Part shown: in pieces, positions 60,255 to 64,000 of the stretch
Layout of the letters: every line of letters starts with the position of its first letter
Position numbering within the stretch: the stretch's first letter is position 1
IMG/VR virus record: IMGVR_UViG_3300035703_000082
Coordinates: 496-64,495 of that record
Length of the DNA stretch: 64,000 nt
Direction: 5' to 3' (one strand)
DNA from: a virus
Notes under the pieces: generated by a model
Told to the model about the DNA's origin: nothing
Databases searched by the model: none
Seen by the model: the letters and a program-made list of their open reading frames with translations, nothing else
Program-made: the position numbers and the translations under genes

Positions 60255-63152
60255 ATGGAACCGCTCGATTTTCTAGCGGCTGTCCTTCCGTCACCGGGTC
60301 ACGGGTACTACTGTGTAGCGGGCTACAAAGCGCCTGCACGCGATCACGTATTCGTCGAGGACTTAGCCACAACAACCGAGACCATAGACACATGGCTCGG
60401 CAGACGGCGCGATATCTACTTCGCGCTTTCCACCTTTGAAAAGAAAGGCAGCAGGGAAGCAGTCAACGCGCGGTACATCCGGGCACTGTTCATCGACATG
60501 GACGGCTACGCGTCAAAGAAGGACGCGGCCAACGCCCTGTCTGGTTTCCTTGACGACACCGGCCTGCACCGCTTCGGCACTCCCTGGGTCGTCGCCAGCG
60601 GCGGCGGGCTGCACTGCTACTGGCCCTTCGAGCACGCGGTGAGCATTCCCGAATGGCTGCCGCTGGCAGAGCGCTTCAAGCGCCTGTGCAAGGCGCGGGG
60701 GCTGTCCATCGACATGACGGTCACCGCCGATGCGGCGCGTGTCCTGCGCATCCCAGGCACGCTCAACTTCAAGCCCGACTACCCGCAGCCGCGCCCGGTC
60801 AGCATCCTGCTGGAGGGCTCGCCGGTCCCCTTTGATGACCTGCTGGACGCCGTGTCCGCGCTGGTCGAGGATGACGGCGCGACGCTGCCTGCGCTGCCGA
60901 TGCTGGCCCTGCCCGGGCAGCGTCCGACCAATGCCTCCCCCACCCGCGTGAAGCTCATGGAGAACACGACGGTGCGGTTCAAGCACATCATCGACCGCAC
61001 GAAGAAGGGGGACGGGTGCGCACAGATCGCGCACTACGTTGAGCACGCCTCGGATGAGGGCATGGAGCCGCTGTGGCGCGGGCTGCTGTCCCAGGCCAAG
61101 TTCTGTGCCGACGGCGACCGCGCGGCGGTGTGGCTGAGCAAGCTGCACCCGTATGACGACACGCGCATGCGGACGAAGCTCAACGAGATCAAGGGCCCGT
61201 ACTCCTGCGTGAAGCTCGACGGACTGAACCCAGGCGTGTGCAGCGGCTGCAAGCACTGGGGCAACATCACCAACCCCCTGGCGCTTGGCAGGGAGCTTGT
61301 GGCGGACAACGCCCCGAAAGAGATCGAGCTGCTCAAGGTGGACGAGGTCACCGACGAGCGCGAGGTCGTCAAGGTCATGCGCCCTGCCCCGCCCAAGGGG
61401 TACAGCTACGGGGCCAACGGCGGCGTGTACGTGGAGCGCATCGTCGAGGAGGCAGACGGCACCAAGCGCAAGCAGAACGTGATGCTGCTGCCCTACGACA
61501 TGTTCGTGGTGGATCTGCTGGTGAAGGAGGGCGAGCACACGGTGCACATGGTGGCGAACAAGAAGGATGCGCCGGTCGACATCCTCATGCCGCAGCGCTA
61601 CACGGTCAGCAAGGACGACTGCATCAAGAAGCTGGCCGAGCAGAACATCTTGGCGGCGTTCGGCGCGGGCAACGACAAGAACCTGTTTGACTACCTCCGC
61701 GCCTGTGTGGAGGAGGCCAGCCTCACCAAGCAGGCCGTGCGTGTGCCGCAGCAGTACGGATGGCAGGAGGACGGGTCGTTCGTCTACAGCGGGCGTGTGT
61801 TCTTCCCCAACGGCTTCGAGCGCTCGGTGCCGATGCCGGATCTCGCCAACCTGAACCGCGCAACGCGCTCGATGGGCACACTGGAGAACTGGCGCAAGTT
61901 CCCGCAGATGCTGATCAAGCGGCGGCTGTTCGACATGCTCGCGATGATGTGCATCGGCTTCGGCTCGCCGCTGATGCGGTTCACACAGATGAGCGCGTTG
62001 ACGTTCCATGCCGGCTCGACCGAGTCAGGCACCGGCAAGTCGCTGACCCTGACGGCCATCGCGTCGATCATGGGGCACCCGATCAACTACCGCACGAGCA
62101 AGTCCACCAGCGCCGTCACCATGCAGCAACGCATGGGCAACCTCAACAGCCTGCCGTTCGTCAGCGACGAGATCACGCACAAGTCTCGGCAGGACATGGA
62201 GTGGTTCCCGGGCCTGATCTTCGACACCGCCGAGGGCAAGGGCAAGGAGAAGTCCGAGGTCTACGCGAACCGCGAGCGCATCAACAACGTCTCGTGGTCG
62301 CTGCTGTCGTTCCTGACCAGCAACACGCACATGCAGGACTACATGTCTGGCTCGCGCCAGCACTCGTCCAACGGCGAGCTGTTCCGCATGCTGGAGTGGA
62401 CGCCCAACGAGGCGCTGAACTGGACGCCGGAAGAGACCGAGGTGCTGAAGCTGCTGTACGCCAACTACGGCGTGGCGGGGGAGAAGTACATCCGCTGGCT
62501 CGTCCAGCATCAGGACACCGCGCGGAGCGTGGCGCGGCTGGCTGAGGAGCGCCTCAAGCAAGAGTGGCGCATGTCGGGCGACGAGCGGTTCTGGGCAGCG
62601 GGCTGCGCGGCTGTCGTGGCCGGGGCCATCCTGGCCTCCAGCAAGTATGCGGACATCGTGGACATCCCCGTGGACGCCATCATCGAGAGCTTGCGCAAGC
62701 TCGTGGAGAAGGCCCGCAAGGTCGTCAGAGCAGGCGTGCGCTCCGCCGAGGATGTGCTGAACGCGTTCACTCGCGAGCACTACGGGCAGTTCGTCGTGGT
62801 GCGCATCAGCGACGGGTCGCTCCTGGCGGCGCTGGGCAACGGCGAGGCAGTGGATCAGACCATCACGCGCAGTCGGGTGATGGGGCGCGTCGAGCACGAG
62901 ATCGAGCGCAAGGGGTACGTGGACTACTACATCGAAGAGCAGGTGCTCAAGGCGCACTGCGTGGCGATGAGCTTTGGCTACGACGACTTCAAACGCCAGA
63001 TCCAGCGGGCAGACAACTACACGGTGCGGTTCCTGCGCAAGGACATGATGGCGAAGACACGGGGCCCGCAGATGCGCGTCAACACGATCATGATCAGCCG
63101 CCCCAAGGACATCGATGCCCACGTTCAGGAATCTGCCGTGGACGCAGCTTGA
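60255..63152 (+). CDS. Primase-helicase (RepB-like primase + DUF927 + P-loop helicase)
   Basis: DMDG, SGGGLH.YW, D.ARVLR.PGT.N primase motifs; C..C.H zinc site; GW..DG.F DUF927-like segment; Walker A ESGTGKS and Walker B DE. Confidence 0.88.
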   Translation: MEPLDFLAAVLPSPGHGYYCVAGYKAPARDHVFVEDLATTTETIDTWLGRRRDIYFALSTFEKKGSREAVNARYIRALFIDMDGYASKKDAANALSGFLDDTGLHRFGTPWVVASGGGLHCYWPFEHAVSIPEWLPLAERFKRLCKARGLSIDMTVTADAARVLRIPGTLNFKPDYPQPRPVSILLEGSPVPFDDLLDAVSALVEDDGATLPALPMLALPGQRPTNASPTRVKLMENTTVRFKHIIDRTKKGDGCAQIAHYVEHASDEGMEPLWRGLLSQAKFCADGDRAAVWLSKLHPYDDTRMRTKLNEIKGPYSCVKLDGLNPGVCSGCKHWGNITNPLALGRELVADNAPKEIELLKVDEVTDEREVVKVMRPAPPKGYSYGANGGVYVERIVEEADGTKRKQNVMLLPYDMFVVDLLVKEGEHTVHMVANKKDAPVDILMPQRYTVSKDDCIKKLAEQNILAAFGAGNDKNLFDYLRACVEEASLTKQAVRVPQQYGWQEDGSFVYSGRVFFPNGFERSVPMPDLANLNRATRSMGTLENWRKFPQMLIKRRLFDMLAMMCIGFGSPLMRFTQMSALTFHAGSTESGTGKSLTLTAIASIMGHPINYRTSKSTSAVTMQQRMGNLNSLPFVSDEITHKSRQDMEWFPGLIFDTAEGKGKEKSEVYANRERINNVSWSLLSFLTSNTHMQDYMSGSRQHSSNGELFRMLEWTPNEALNWTPEETEVLKLLYANYGVAGEKYIRWLVQHQDTARSVARLAEERLKQEWRMSGDERFWAAGCAAVVAGAILASSKYADIVDIPVDAIIESLRKLVEKARKVVRAGVRSAEDVLNAFTREHYGQFVVVRISDGSLLAALGNGEAVDQTITRSRVMGRVEHEIERKGYVDYYIEEQVLKAHCVAMSFGYDDFKRQIQRADNYTVRFLRKDMMAKTRGPQMRVNTIMISRPKDIDAHVQESAVDAA

Positions 63153-63384
63153 GAGAGGGCAGGGGTTCTTTGTCCCTGCCCTCGATCTGGAGGCTGTGAA
63201 GGAAGCGGTGCTCCGAGATGCAGTGCGACACCGCGTGCGCGGTGTCGAGGCTGCCTACGGCATCAAGCAGGGGAAGCTGGGAGTGTTCTTCTATCGAAGA
63301 GTGCGCGGGCTCGCTGCGCGATTTCGATCTTCCTCTGCCGTGCCAGATCGAGCTTCTCCCTTTTTTCCGCAGGACTTAGCGTAG
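63115..63384 (+). CDS. Small putative DNA-binding protein (paralog of 46935-47207)
   Basis: LPWTQLERGQGFFVP...GVFFYR. Confidence 0.55.
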   Translation: MPTFRNLPWTQLERGQGFFVPALDLEAVKEAVLRDAVRHRVRGVEAAYGIKQGKLGVFFYRRVRGLAARFRSSSAVPDRASPFFPQDLA

Positions 63385-64000
63385 GCGAGGCCCGCACGTT
63401 GCGCTCGAAGGTGGTGATCTCACCCATCACCTGACGGAACTGCCCAGCCACCGACGCCGCCGACAGCTCGTCGGCCTTCTCTGCCGCGTAGCGCTCCGCG
63501 TCGGCCCTGCGTCCGGTCTTCAGCATGTTCTCGTAGGTGTTCTGAACCTGCTGGATCTCCTTCATCCGCGCGTAGGTGGCGTCGATGATGCCCCCTGCGT
63601 CTATCGGCTGGAAGAGCGTGCCAACCAGCGGCAGGTCAGCCATGCGCCGGCTCGCAGCCTGGGCCCCCTCACCCTCGGGCATGAGGAAGTTCAGCGACTG
63701 CAGCAGCGCCATGCCCATGCCGCCCGTGTAGCCCCGGATGGCGTACTCCAACTGGATGGGCGAGATGCCGAAGGTCTGGCCGATGGCCTTGGCCGCTTCC
63801 GAGGTGTTGTCGCGGAACCGCTCCTCGGGCTCCCGCGCCTGCTCTTGCGTGGACTCGATGTCGCGCCCGGTGAAGAACGACCGACCCATCGCCAGCTCGA
63901 TGGCGGGCTTGACGCCCGCAGGCAGGGGCACAGGCACCGGCACGCCGCCGATCTGGGGCATGCTGCTGCCGCCCGGGATCGTGTTGATCACGATCTGCTT
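63263..64000 (-). CDS. C-terminus of a large polyvalent protein (LPD38-like), truncated by the window edge
   Basis: ELAMGRSFFTGRDIE...SPIQLEYAIRGYTGGMG; open to the window end. Confidence 0.7.
   Translation of the reverse strand, partial: KQIVINTIPGGSSMPQIGGVPVPVPLPAGVKPAIELAMGRSFFTGRDIESTQEQAREPEERFRDNTSEAAKAIGQTFGISPIQLEYAIRGYTGGMGMALLQSLNFLMPEGEGAQAASRRMADLPLVGTLFQPIDAGGIIDATYARMKEIQQVQNTYENMLKTGRRADAERYAAEKADELSAASVAGQFRQVMGEITTFERNVRASPTLSPAEKREKLDLARQRKIEIAQRARALFDRRTLPASPA

Noticed and set aside
1-64000. Integrase, repressor-integrase lysogeny module or transposase
   Set aside because: No tyrosine/serine recombinase or DDE motifs were recognised in any ORF

Overview
This is most of the genome of a GC-rich tailed dsDNA phage with podovirus-like (P22-type portal/adaptor/hub) morphogenesis genes. 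A betaproteobacterial-type host is an inference only. The left arm (1-39.4 kb, minus strand) is the late operon: TerS?, TerL, portal, GroES, scaffold, major capsid, small basic proteins, a GIY-YIG homing endonuclease, adaptors, two repeat-rich fibres, lysis genes and internal/ejection proteins. It ends in a giant open frame (>=1,898 aa) that runs off the left edge and carries a GNAT-like module. An LPD38-like C-terminus at the right edge is probably the end of the same gene, with an unseen gap. The right arm (39.8-63.4 kb, plus strand) holds an early accessory region, many small middle genes and a replication module: family A DNA polymerase, a PD-(D/E)XK exonuclease split by a class-3-type intein, SNF2 helicase, a putative SSB and a primase-helicase. 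The most striking unexplained structure is in the early region: ten copies of a 19-bp palindrome GGGGGAGA-NNN-TCTCCCCC punctuate the small genes. A second palindrome (GTCAA-N4-TTGAC) overlaps sigma70 promoters, and an AT-rich segment is bracketed by perfect 26-bp inverted repeats. No integrase, canonical tRNA, CRISPR array or reverse transcriptase was seen. Family names come from motif recognition, not database searches.
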